DNA of 58,711 nt, counting the filler, from Sphacelaria rigidula (lineage: Eukaryota): the NCBI GenBank assembly GCA_964200075.2. It is 9 parts of 9 records of this genome, joined end to end, with 100 filler letters (N's around TTAATTAATTAA, not from the genome) between each part and the next. Parts side by side here need not be neighbours in the genome. Positions count along the whole stretch, not along the records: positions 1 to 6,435 come from CAXNAA020020082.1; positions 6,536 to 12,970 come from CAXNAA020020083.1; 7 more parts are not named here. The stretch is one strand, 5' to 3'. How positions within the stretch are numbered: position 1 is the first letter of the stretch; the number at the start of each line of letters is the position of its first letter. The translations under genes were made by a program, and so were the position numbers. The notes beneath the pieces were generated by a model. That model saw only the letters and a list, made by a program, of their open reading frames with translations. It searched no databases and was not told the DNA's origin. This document shows positions 1 to 11,170 of this stretch, one piece after another.

Positions 1-405
1 CCCCCTCCCCTTGCTCCGTGTCGAAAGGGATGCGTGTTCAATGGTCAAACGACTAAGGCAAGCAACAAATGAGTACGCCCCCCCCCCCCTCCCCCTCCCC
101 GACGAACGAAGGTGGCATGAGATCGTTTGATGCATTAGACAGTAGCGAGGAAACGATGGCTGTACTAGGAGATAGGTGGCGGCCACAGACGGCGAAACAG
201 GACGGGGATAAGACATGTAAAAGGTTTTGTGCAATGTATGGAAGAAACGTAATAAGCTATGAAGAAAACGTATTGAGCGCCGGAATGTTGAATGTGTCTC
301 TATCAGGAGTAGGAGCGGTGCTCCGTCTCGAAAGGGATACGTGGTCAATGGTCAAACGACTAAGGCAAGCAACAAATGAGTACGAGCGGCCGCCCCCACC
401 CCCCC
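1..405 (+). mobile_element. Dispersed repeat, probable LINE 3' end with reiterated tail unit
   Basis: Matches 43790-44330. The unit gctccgtctcgaaagggatgcgtggtcaatggtcaaacgactaaggcaagcaacaaatgagtacg plus poly-C occurs at about 13-90 and 319-400. LINE identity is inferred. Confidence 0.6.
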
Positions 406-772
406 GNNNNNNNNNNCGCCCCCCCCCTCCTCCTCCCCCGCCCTACCCGCCCCCTGTATTCGCCTTCGCTGTGCACTTTTTTCTGATGACGGCGGCGGAC
501 GGCTTTTCCCTGCTTGCCCCATCACGCACTATCCACCTTGATGTCTCGTCTCTTCCCTGGTCCTCTTCCGCCTACCCTATGTATCTTCCCCTGTGTCTAT
601 ATCGCCCGGCTCATCCCACCCCCCACCGTCTCTCCCCGTGTCCTTTTCTGCCCTCCCCGACCTTTTCCTTTGTCTGTCTTCGCCGTCGTTCGTATGCCTC
701 GATCTCTGCACCTCTGCACCTCTGCACCTCTGCCTCTACCTCTCTGTCTCTTGTCTGTCTCTTGTCTGACAG

Positions 773-931
773 GATGCCCGACCTTTGGACAGGGATGACG
801 GGAGCGATGAGGACGATGACGGCCCCGTGGCTCCGAACTGGGAGCCTGCCTCGAGGGACGCGGACCCTGCTAGCGGCAGTCGCGGCGGCGGCGACATCTT
901 GAGCATGCTCGTGTCCATCTACGGGAGCAAG
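773..931 (+). CDS. APC2: Anaphase-promoting complex subunit 2, internal exon
   Basis: cag|GAT...AAG|gt, 53 codons: DARPLDRDDGSDEDDDGPVAPNWEPASRDADPASGSRGGGDILSMLVSIYGSK. Matches the APC2 motif W.P.P.DADP...DII..LVSIYGSK. Preceded by a pyrimidine tract. Confidence 0.92.
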
Positions 932-1156
932 GTGGCCAACAGCTGTTGTACTGTATCTTGATCCATTTGTCGACATGGTCCCCCTCGTCGTCATCCATGC
1001 GTGTTTCTTGTTTCTTTTTTGTTATTGTGGTTTGTCCGTTTTGGTACTTGTGCACACGAGCCAGCTTGCTCTGCTGGTTTCTGGCCGCCGGAAAAGGGTG
1101 ACTGATGATTGTGCCACGCCAGCTAATACGATACCACAGCTCCGTCCGGATGATTG

Positions 1157-1432
1157 CACAGGTCGGATAGATCATGATCTGTCTGAAATAAGTCACTAAT
1201 CGTGGAAGACTCTCGAATCCGTGTGTCCAAAAACACAAGATGTGTGACCACGGCGTCATGGAAGCAAAACCGCAAAGCAAAACCGCAACTTTTGCGCTAC
1301 TCGGCGTGCTCGGCTTCCTGCGTTGTAAGGAGCAAACGTGGAGAAGGGGGGTCAAGTGATCCGGATCATGATCTGGATCAGTGTACTGAGAAGAAGTAAT
1401 TTTCAGACAGATCATGATCTGTCCGATGTGTG
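1157..1432. mobile_element. hAT-type MITE in APC2 intron
   Basis: ~31-bp imperfect TIRs (cacaggtcggatagatcatgatctgtctgaaa / tttcagacagatcatgatctgtccgatgtgtg). Exact 8-bp TSD gatgattg at 1149-1156 and 1433-1440. Confidence 0.85.
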
Positions 1433-2768
1433 GATGATTGATATGATTGCTTGTGGCACGGTCATGGTACATGCCCTTTTCGTCTCTCGGGGAGGTCGCA
1501 GCCTTCCCAGCCCCCGCCGGCCGCCAGCTCAAGTCCACTGAATCTGGTACTTACTCACACGTACCTCATCTCCATCAACATGCTTTCCGTGACTGTGTCG
1601 CAACAGCATGTAAAATTTTGCAGCTGCGGGGTTCAGTTAGGTGAAACTCCGCAGCTGCAGGATTAAGCCTGGAGTTCATTCAGCACTGCCTTCATGATAC
1701 ACTGCGTAGACTGGGTGCATCACCGCTGCCACGAAACACATAGACTAGTTGGAAGGACAAGTCACTCTATCCCACTTGTTGGTTGTGTCGCGGGTTGGGT
1801 TGACTTATTCCGACACAACCATCCCCAGTCGGGTCCCGGTCGGGGGATGAGGACCAAGTATACTATGTGCAGAAACGAGGGGTGTTGTACCGCAGCCGTG
1901 TCGATTCGCTTTTTTATGTTTTGCTCTAATCGAATTTTTTGTTGACCAAGAGTTTCTATAATACGTCGGCTACGTGTTGTTTGCTGATCGTTCTCGTGAC
2001 CTGTTTTTTTCACCGACATTTGTTTGGAGGATGGAGACCGTCGGTGACGTTTGGTTTCCGCCGTCACATTCAGGAGAAATACTATATCACACTCTGGATA
2101 ATGACAGTAGACTACATTGTCAAAAACTGTACTGCGTACTGTGTCGACTATTTGAGTCTGTCGGAATAGACAATGGATTCCATACTGTACCCTGTACACT
2201 TTGACAATGTTATCTGTTGTCATTATCCAGCAGAGCGTAAAATACATGCAAAAACGAACGTTGTGTTAAAAAATTATTACGTTTATCGATACTTTTTTTC
2301 TTCAGAGAATAGCATACGAGAATCTCGTCATATTTCATCGTCTTGCGCCGCCTTTCGTGTTTGTGAAACGAATATGTCTTGGGAAAGAAGAAAAATGTAC
2401 TGTTCTCAATATTTCAGGTGTTTCTTTCAAAGACTAAATATGAGTATGTTTCATTATGTTTCCACAAAGCTTTCACGTATTTTCCACTCATGCTTCTCCT
2501 TTTTCAATTTCTCGTATATCGCTATTCGTACGTCCACTGTTCCGAACTGGACGGGCCCCGCCTGGCGTATTTGACTCTCGAAGTCTCGTACGGAAAACAA
2601 ATTGAGTTTCGATTGAAAAAATAACCATCGAGATCCCACAGTTTTTTTTTTCTCCTTCAGTTTTGCCTTGATATCATACGTTTATCTCGTGTGGTCCAGC
2701 CAGACACAGCTAGGTTCATAGTGTTATCAGTTAATATCAACCAAGCAACCAACCACCCAACAAATCAA

Positions 2769-3406
2769 GAGATGATGGGTATCGTATCCTAAATCTCGAT
2801 GTATCTTGCTCGATACATGCGGGATATATCATGTTGATGTAGCTTAAAATTACCTGATATCTCCTTATCCCAAATATCGATGTATCTAGCTCGAAACATC
2901 CGGGATATATCATATCGATATTGCTTAAAATTGGGTGGTATTTCTATATCCCAGATCTCGATGTATCTACCTCGATTTATCCGAGCTATATCACATCGAT
3001 ATCGCTTATCATTGAGTAATATTTCCGTAACCCAGGTCTCCATGTATCTACCTCGATATATCCGAGCTATGTCATATCGATGTCGCTTACAATTGCGCGA
3101 TTTATCGATGCCATATCGCATCTCGTATCCCGCAATATATTGTGTGATATCACGCACCGTACGATATATGGCAGGATGGCGGGATAAAAAACGATATATT
3201 AAGTTATGTGTGTAAAAGCAGGTCGGGTTCCAGAGTCTAGACGTGTTGGGGAAGTTTGGGGGTGAATCTTCCGGTATCATATCCGATATTGTGCTATATC
3301 ACGCGGTACGATATATCAAATATCGTACACTAATCGATATCACTATTTTTTCCCAGAAAATTACGGATATCGTATCCCGTCGACTTTTTTTCGATACCCA
3401 TCACTA
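2769..3406. mobile_element. hAT-like MITE with internal 81-bp tandem repeat
   Basis: TIR tgatgggtatcg / cgatacccatca. Degraded 8-bp TSD caaatcaa/caattaaa. Four 81-bp units start at 2793, 2874, 2955 and 3036. CGATAT-rich. Confidence 0.7.
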
Positions 3407-3500
3407 CAATTAAACAACCAACCAACCATGTCATCAACCATGTCATCAACCATGTCATCAACCAAAATCCCTTCCTTGAAAAAAATAAAACCGAACACAG

Positions 3501-3644
3501 GAGTTGTTTGTGACCGAGTACCGGCTGATGCTGGCGGACAAGCTGGTGAATAACCTGACGTACGATACGGACCGAGACGTTCAAAACCTGGAGCTGCTCA
3601 AGCTTCGTTTCGGCGAATCCAGCATGCACCAATGCGAGATCATG
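3501..3644 (+). CDS. APC2: Anaphase-promoting complex subunit 2, internal exon (cullin homology region)
   Basis: cag|GAG...ATG|gtgag, 48 codons: ELFVTEYRLMLADKLVNNLTYDTDRDVQNLELLKLRFGESSMHQCEIM. Contains the hallmark APC2 motif ELLKLRFGE..MH.CE.M. In phase with the previous exon. Confidence 0.95.
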
Positions 3645-5126
3645 GTGAGGGTACAGGCAGGCCAGCGGACGGGTCGGTTAGTGGGTGGGTCGGGAGAGGA
3701 GCAGCTACATAGCTAGCTTGCCTTTCTCCCCACGCACTGACGTTATTCTTTCTCTGGTTGATAACATCAATGCGCAGATTGTGGGTTGATATATTAGTTG
3801 GTGCATTGATTGATTAACGCTTTAAAGACCGGACTCCAAGAAACATGGTGTTTGCACGCAGGGGCCTTTTCGTGAATCGGAGTCGTTTTCATTCGTTTGA
3901 AAAAAAATATGATGCCGGTTCACACAAAGCCCCCTGCGTGCAAGAAAACACGTCTCTGGGAGTTCGCTCCTCAAAGGGTTAATGGACGGATCGATGGATG
4001 GGATGCATTGAATTTTTTGGTGCACGTTTGAGTGATTTCACGATTCAAGACGTGCGTATGGGGTTGAAAGGATAATTTCCATACTCGGAATTTAGCTAAT
4101 TGGCAAAACAAGGCGTTATCAATAGTTAACCTTTTTTGCGGTATATTCATGTATTTCTTTTGACGTATTTGATGTTCAATATTCAACATTTTTGGCTTCA
4201 TTTTCACCATGGGAACGTACCCGTAGGTCTTATATCTTGTGACCACAGCTGGATTCCTATCGAACACTGTTATTCCTTTCCAATAATATGGAGGCGGTGT
4301 TTTTGGAAATTAGGCGCCCCAACACAGCACACCAGGCATCTGATGATATTAGAAGTTGACGCATGTGTGGACTGAAGCCGCAGGTAGGTGTTGGCGCAGC
4401 AGTTTCGGCGACTCAAGGCCTTTTGTGCGCTGCGTGGCTTGAAGCGATGATTTATGCACGATGCTGCGGTGATTCCGAAAATAACAACTCTTTCTGATAA
4501 CAATTCTAGGTGGTAACGACATGAAGTCCGCGCGGAGGCAGGAGTAGATCTTGCCATCCTCGTTTTTTACATCGGCCCCCTTTTTGGTCGAGGCTGGCTC
4601 CAAGGCGAGAAATTACCACCAGTTACGGTTTTCCATATGTCAAAAGCAGATACTCTTGGGTTTTGTACGCTGTGCCGAGCAAGACGCGGCCGCACAACGC
4701 AGCCAAGGAGAAGAGTGTCTTTTGTCAAGGACCACTGCGAACTTGTTCGAGCAGGGTGCAACGTCTCGTCCCTCACAGTGCCAGACTTGGCGTGGCAGTT
4801 ACCACCACGGTCTGAGAATGACAGGGGCAGTTGCCGTAGTTTTCTTTTATCGGAATCAACCGGATATTCTTCGGTCGTATGCTTCCACGTGAAGATATTT
4901 ACCGATTTCTGGCAGGCGCGTGATCGCCCTTTGTGCGGAGTTTTCACTTGGTTCCAGAATAGGACAGAGTGCGAGTTGTAATTTTATATTTTTTTCACAG
5001 ATGGATCGGGGGTATTGTAGCCCTGTCGAGGCGTGGCTCGCATCGTACAGTCAGTACAACAGTATTCGTTGGACTGGCACTAGGAACACAGTGTCAACTT
5101 CGTAAGGTATTGCCGTGCGCGGATAC

Positions 5127-5521
5127 TAGAGCTCGGAAGTGGTTCGCCCAACCATTAACCAGTTAAATGGTTACGCGTAGCGCACCCATTAAGGAGTGAA
5201 ATGGCACATAATGGTTTGGTCGTTGAACGGTTAAGCCGCGAACCAAAAAGTTCCCCCCGGCGGAGGGGGCCCCGCCGGAGGCGCTCCCGGAGGGCTCCGC
5301 TGCAGGCGCAGTGCCGGAGGCACGCTTTGACGCGACTTGGCTTCACAAGAGCCAAAAAATCCGCGTTCTGTATGTAGCATACGTTATCGGCAACGGCTTA
5401 TACAGCCGGTACGTGTAACAAATGTTTTGAAACCATTACCCAAAATTTTCATATAACCATTACCAGTATTACCGTTATAATAATAATGGCCAGTTATAAC
5501 TGGTACCATTTCCGATCTCTA
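5127..5521. mobile_element. hAT-type MITE (TAGAGCTCGGAA family), copy 1
   Basis: TIRs tagagctcggaagtggt / accatttccgatctcta. Exact 8-bp TSD gcggatac at 5119-5126 and 5522-5529. Second copy at 50962-51362. Confidence 0.9.
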
Positions 5522-5912
5522 GCGGATACATATCGTGTAACGAACGCTTCCCCCTTTCGCAGTAACATGTATCCTTTCCCATCCGGCTGCCAATCGCGCG
5601 ATGGCTGGTCTGTAGCGCAAGGTATCCGTGCTGACGTAGAGACCTCTCTTCCAAGGGCGTCTGCCCCTCTAGTCTCAGCAAATTTTAGGCCTTAGAGCAT
5701 GACCGTCTCCATTTGACGCCCGCGGATAATGAATTATAGTTTCCGAGAAATGCCTCCCGATGTTATATGAAAAGGAACAACACTGTAAAGGGGGTCATTC
5801 AATGTGCGACAACCAATCAACCAACCGACGTACTTGCCTCGCTTTTCTCATGCTTTTTTTTTTTCGGTTGTGATTTTTTCGTTTTTGTTTGCTGCTCGCT
5901 GTCTTTTCACAG

Positions 5913-6004
5913 GTGCGCGATTTGGAAGAGTCGAAGCGCGTTAACGCCAACGTGCACGAGCGTCTGGCGCACAAGCTCAGTCCGAGCCAAAAGGCGTTAC
6001 CCAA
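5913..6004 (+). CDS. APC2: Anaphase-promoting complex subunit 2, internal exon
   Basis: cag|GTG...AA|gtaagt: VRDLEESKRVNANVHERLAHKLSPSQKALP. Continues CEIM as in the APC2 motif CE.M..D...S.R.NAN. The gene runs off the contig. Confidence 0.9.
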
Positions 6005-6144
6005 GTAAGTTATCACACACATGTTATTTTACATACATACGCGAACACTGGACTAAATATGAAATCGCAACACAGGAGGTCACATACACAAAGCCTGACT
6101 CATCCAGCATTATTAGTATTATTATTATCAATACCTATACTCTT

Positions 6145-6435
6145 GCCGCCGCGCCCCGGTGGTGTAATGGTCCGATTGTCGCGATTAGGCTGGAGAGAAC
6201 GAGGGTTCGATTCCTGATGCGTTTTTTTTTTCCTTCGTAATGTATGATTCCCACCGTAGAAAGCTTGAGAACGTGAGTAAACAAAAGTAGTCGACTGGAT
6301 TTGTGTGAAGTGAGTTGACGCGGTGCGGGAGTGCTAACCTAATCCGCGAGACCAAAATGTATGGCGCGTACCGGGGGAGAGATGGGTTGATCCCTTGAGA
6401 CCACGGATTCATCCCGAGGAAGGGGAGGGGTTCAA
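6145..6435 (+). mobile_element. tRNA-derived SINE (family A)
   Basis: A-box-like tggtgtaatgg and B-box ggttcgattcc, then a body (gacgcggtgcgggag...aatccgcga) shared with 36021-36300 and 38320-38460. Confidence 0.7.
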
Positions 6436-6535
6436 NNNNNNNNNNNNNNNNNNNNNNNNNNNNNNNNNNNNNNNNNNNNTTAATTAATTAANNNNNNNNN
6501 NNNNNNNNNNNNNNNNNNNNNNNNNNNNNNNNNNN
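6436..6535. other. Artificial contig spacer (44N-TTAATTAATTAA-44N)
   Basis: Identical spacers also at 12971-13070, 19506-19605, 26041-26140, 32576-32675, 39110-39209, 45644-45743 and 52178-52277. The 12-mer has stops in all six frames. Confidence 0.97.
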
Positions 6536-6554
6536 CCATTAAATAATGCTGCTA

Positions 6555-7871
6555 CGAGCTGGGCCCCCTAAGAAGCTCACTTTCCTCCAGCCCGTTCTAA
6601 CTGACGATGTATCGCGAGTTGTGCCTACTATGACACATCGTGGTAATCGGCACATCAGCACGCGCCTTCAAATCCATGTGGCACTGCGATCTGACAAGGT
6701 CTCTTCAAACGAGATACCTAAATGTGGTCAAGTGCCGAAGTGTAGGGAGTTGAGGGTACCATGTGCGGCGGAATTGGCTAAAAAACGGCCGAAATTGGAT
6801 TCTCGGTTACAGTCGGTTGCGCCGCGTGGTGGTGCACAGGCTGCGATTGCACAACAACACATGTCGCACTAGGCGCACAGTCTCTGAGATGGCACGCAGA
6901 CGAGACCCCCGGCGCGCCAAGGAGTCTGGTAGTAGTGTACGAACCAACGAGCAGTTTGTGAAGTTCTCTGAGCCGAAAGTAGAATAAGACAAGTCGATTT
7001 CGAGAGAATGATGCGATTCCCGAGCTCACTTTTGAGTCGTTTTCGATGAACTTTCGACACGACGTAAAGGACGTATGTGCGAAGACTTCTTCGTTCCTGC
7101 CGTGTTTTTTGTTTCTTTGTGGTTTAATGGCGACGGGACATTTCAAAACAGTTTTTCGGAACAACATTGCCAATAACTCACGAAAACCCCCCCAAAAAAA
7201 ACAGGGAGAGGGGGTAAGGAGGGGTCTTCGCACATACGTCTTGTACATCGCATCAAAATTTTGTCGAAAACAACTTGAAATTAAATAGTATAACTGCGTA
7301 TGGGGTACTCGTGGCAGGTCCATCTTCACATACTATAGGAACCGGTTTCGACAGAACGACGCGATTTCTGAGCTTAGTTTCGAGCCTTTTTCGATAAAAT
7401 TTAGACACTATGTACAAGACGCACGTGCGAAGATCCATGCTTACCCCCTGGGTCTATTATTCTTTCGTTCGTGAGTTATTGGCAACGAAATATTTCACAA
7501 CAGTTTTTTCGTAACACAAATTCCAGTTACTTACAAAGAAAGAAAAAAAAAGACACCGGGGGGGGGGCAAGGCGGGGTCTTTGCATATACATTCAGTATA
7601 TCATGTCAAAATTTTATCGAGAACTATTCAACATTAAGCATGGGTNNNNNNNNNNTAATAGACAAAAAAATATTCAACATCTTTTTTTCCAAAACACAAT
7701 TCCATTTAATTAAAAAAAAAAAAAAAAAAAAGCCACGGGGGGGGGGGGGCAAGGCGGGGTCTTTGCATATACGTTCCGTATATCATGTCACAATTTTATC
7801 GAAAACGACTCAAAATTAAGCTAGGGTTCGCGTGTCAACATTCATGTTCGCATCTTGGGCGGCCCAGCTCG
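6555..7871. mobile_element. Tc1/mariner-type non-autonomous element with internal palindromic repeats
   Basis: TA|cgagctgggcc ... ggcccagctcg|TA. The left part matches 29140-29300. Internal inverted and tandem units at 6990-7820. Confidence 0.6.
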
Positions 7872-8744
7872 TATGCAAGGATTTTTGGGGGGGACAGTTT
7901 CCTTTCAAGGAATGCTTCCGAATATCCTTGACCAAAAAGCGTGGAACGGCCCTCTCTTCCCCTGTATCACACTTTCCGCCCGCAGAAGCATTACTGATGC
8001 GTTTCCATTGCAGTGAATCTGAGCTTGACGTGTGAACACATCTGTTGTACACATACACAAGGGTTTCGGCGGCTTACGCCGCTACGCTCAATGGATCGAA
8101 TTCAAGCTACATGGGAACCGACGACAATTACGTGCGTTGCGTAATCCTGTAGATTCGGTGTGTGCGTTGTGGTACACATCTTGACTGAGATACGACTCGA
8201 AGAAAAAAGAATATTGACCCGAGATGATAGAGAGCGTCTTCGGCATTAATCTGAGCGATCCCACAACAGAAGAACCCAGAGGAGAGCATTTTCACCAGTT
8301 TTGAGAGCAAGGGATGGAAATCTAAAGCGAGCTGCGAAGGATGAGGTACGCTTCGACCGAAAGGGAGAGGCCGTTAAAAGGCATCGACCCGAGATGAGAG
8401 CATCTTGAGCAGTTATAAGAGCGGTCAAAACGAAAAATATCCGAGAGTAGAACAGTTTCACCAGTTTTCACAGCGATATGTGGTCGAATAGACCCGAGGA
8501 AGAGATTCCTCCAATTACGGCGTTCAATAGCCAAGAAAATAATGCTGATTTATTTTTTCAGCAGTGGCCCGAGCCCCACCGAGGGCTCCCCTCTTGAGTG
8601 CTGCTTGAGTCGAAGTCAACCGATGAAATTGATGCCGATTCAAATCTCGAGTGTCCATTCCATAACTTGATCATATGGCCTCTCTGCGCGAGAGATTCCA
8701 CTCTGTCATGGCAATCGGTGCAGCTGAAAATGGAGCTGCGTCTA

Positions 8745-9275
8745 CGAGCTGGGCCGCCCGTATGACGTACATATCCCGAGCAAACCACAACTTGTCAGTT
8801 TCCCGAATCAGCCTGATGTAAGTATATCGCTGTGAACTGCAGACCAACCTAGTGATGCACGTTCTGCCGCTAAAAAGAAAAGAAGAAAAATGTACTGCAT
8901 AAAATATGACATCAGCGACGGAACCAGATTCCGCGAAAAAAAAGAGGATATGTCGGGATTCGAACTAGTCTCCATCATCACTTGAAATACCGGGGCGCAG
9001 CGATGTCACATGAAACATTGCACGTGCAACCCAATTTTGGGAAATTTGAGCTGAAATTTCACCAGAAGCTTCTGCACGCCAGTTCAAAATTCGTCCTCGA
9101 AGCGGCAACAGCTTTTTCTTCCCTCTCATGAAGTTGTTATATCACATTTTTTTGTGCTTGAAATTGAAAACGCTGGAACTTCCTGTTCTTATTTTTTTTG
9201 CTGCTTCGAATGAGTTCTGCGTATTGATAATAAAAAGCTCATGTCAGAATTTCAGCGCCCAAGACCGATTCTTAC
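8745..9275. mobile_element. Truncated Tc1/mariner-type MITE (CGAGCTGGGCC family)
   Basis: Starts TA|cgagctgggcc. Interior is similar to 18258-18851 and 52874-53469. No right TIR seen. Confidence 0.65.
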
Positions 9276-9429
9276 TGTTCGTATTTGGCACTTTTGACAC
9301 GGACACACGTCCTGGACACATTGCATCGCCCTACCGAAAGGAGTGTAGCTCACTTTTTAGAATCGCGGCGGCTCCGAGGTTTCAAGAACGGCCTTTGGGC
9401 AAAATTGCGTCTGAAAAAAAAAAGAGAGA

Positions 9430-9702
9430 GCTTTGGCGTCGGGTTTGCGACCATGGGCTGGCTTCTTACAGATCACGTAATATGAGAAACGACAAAAACA
9501 GCCGGTAAATTGCTGCAATCCTCTCTCAGCCACTCGAGCGAAGCAAGGCAACACAGCAGGCCACCCCTGCAATGCTGTCCTGGTTTCAAGCTACAGTTTG
9601 GACAATGACATAGGAATGAAGGACAAATAGACACAAAAAAAGCGGATATACGGACAACAAGTGAACCTCGGCTGAGAAGATTTGTCGGCCGTAACGGCCT
9701 GA
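9430..9702 (+). repeat. Diverged direct repeat of 11150-11418
   Basis: Collinear similarity from ttggcgtcgggtt to cctcggctgagaag...tcggccgtaacggcct. Confidence 0.7.
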
Positions 9703-10634
9703 AAAGATATATGCAAGACGAGTACCCTTAACGCGGCAGACGTGAAAAAGAAAAAAAGTATCGTAGGCATTCATGATCATCGTGAGCGCACGCTTCTTTT
9801 CCGACGTTGCCGTAGCGTCCCTCTCATGCATATTTTCCCCCCGTGATATCTCTTGTCTTGTACCAGCTCGAAACTCGAGTTTTCTCAGCATTAAAATCAT
9901 TCATGATACCCTTCAAAGTCTTTGATAGTGCACAAAGTGTGTCTTGTGAATCCTGCCGGTTTTGCGGAGCCAAAGAGTGCTGAAACACGGACCTGGGAGC
10001 GCCGAAAAAACTGAAACTTGTTGAAGGCGAGTAAAGTGACGTTGGATGGGCCATGGGATGCCTGCCTCGCGTCACGGGGCTTTCGCTCAATCCCACAACT
10101 CTCGTACCAATTACTATCCTAAATGAGGCCTACAGCGATTCTTCTTGCACGTTTATTTTCCCGTGATTTCTCGGAAACACTCCGGCAGCGGGCACTGCTC
10201 ACAACGCCGAGCTATACTTTTGCCCACGTCTGTGGTTTGTTCCGAGCTACACTGTGGTACAGTCGGCCTGAATATTTACAACGCCACGCATATAGCACCA
10301 GTACAGGAGAGTGAAATAGACGTACAGCACCGCCCAGCAGAGTAAAGTACAATGCAGTGCAGCGAGTACAGAACAGCATGCGTGTTTGACTCTCGTACCA
10401 ATTGATCTTCCTGAATGAGGAAGGCCCGAGCTGACCACATACTGACGTACGTCGACACCCCTGTTCAGCCTTCCGAGCAAAGGAGATCGGACACACAGGT
10501 GGAGCACAACACCGGGAGCACCAGTGGAGCCTAGACCTGACGTGTTAAGTTACGTAAATTGTGGTATGTGAAGTATTGTAAGTCCTCAAAAGTGCTTCGA
10601 TTGAGGTTGCGAGAGTCAAGTCTGAGAAGTCAAG

Positions 10635-11170
10635 ACTCACGGTGCCAAACGAAAAGACAGTGCAACCAAAGTGTGTTTAAACTATCGTATACTCGTAGTG
10701 TACCTGAGGTTGAAACCCGAACTCCTCTCTGCTTGCCAGTCGCGCCAACAAGTACTCCTTCCCCTTCAAGAAGAGCACCCTCTCCATGCGGAGCTCCTCC
10801 TTTCTCTTGGGCAGCTGCTACACATCTTGTCAAGCCGCCCCTTCCCTTCCCGCTGCTCCTCCTACTTCAAGAGGATACTGCTGTGGGAAATGCGAAGATA
10901 CGGTGGGACCCAGACCATCTCCGCATCACCGACAGCAGCGTCACTTTAAAGTAGAAGGAGCGGATCCGCAAGGAGAACGAGCGACCCGGCGAGACAAGGA
11001 GCAGCTCCGCATGGAGAGGGGGCTCCTCTTGAAGAAGAAGGAGCATTTGTTGGCCCGGCTCGGGAGCAGGGAGGGTTCGGTTTCAACCTCAGGTACACCA
11101 CGAGTGTACAGCAATATTTGGTTTACAACGCTTTTCCCTTCCCTTGCGTTTTGGCGTCGGGTTCGTGAGC
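10635..11170. repeat. Inverted duplication (arms about 10635-10810 and 10995-11170)
   Basis: gtgtacctgaggttgaaacc...ctccatgcggagct pairs with agctccgcatggag...ggtttcaacctcaggtacac. Confidence 0.75.

Noticed and set aside
69..902. 277-aa ORF
   Set aside because: Chimera of repeat, an N gap and intron. The real APC2 exon is in a different frame.
2789..3280. 163-aa repeat protein ORF, or a CRISPR-like array
   Set aside because: A by-product of 81-bp tandem units inside an intronic TIR element. There are no unique spacers.
4349..4700. Possible decayed transposase or BED-finger fragment on the minus strand
   Set aside because: Only vague resemblance. The Cys/His pattern is not recoverable by eye.
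6153..6222. tRNA gene
   Set aside because: A and B boxes are present, but there is no acceptor or anticodon stem pairing, and it continues into a dispersed repeat body. Treated as a SINE head, as are 36021 and 49607.
6480..6491. Periodic TTAATTAATTAA palindrome as a biological repeat
   Set aside because: Always centred in 44N flanks. It is an assembly linker.
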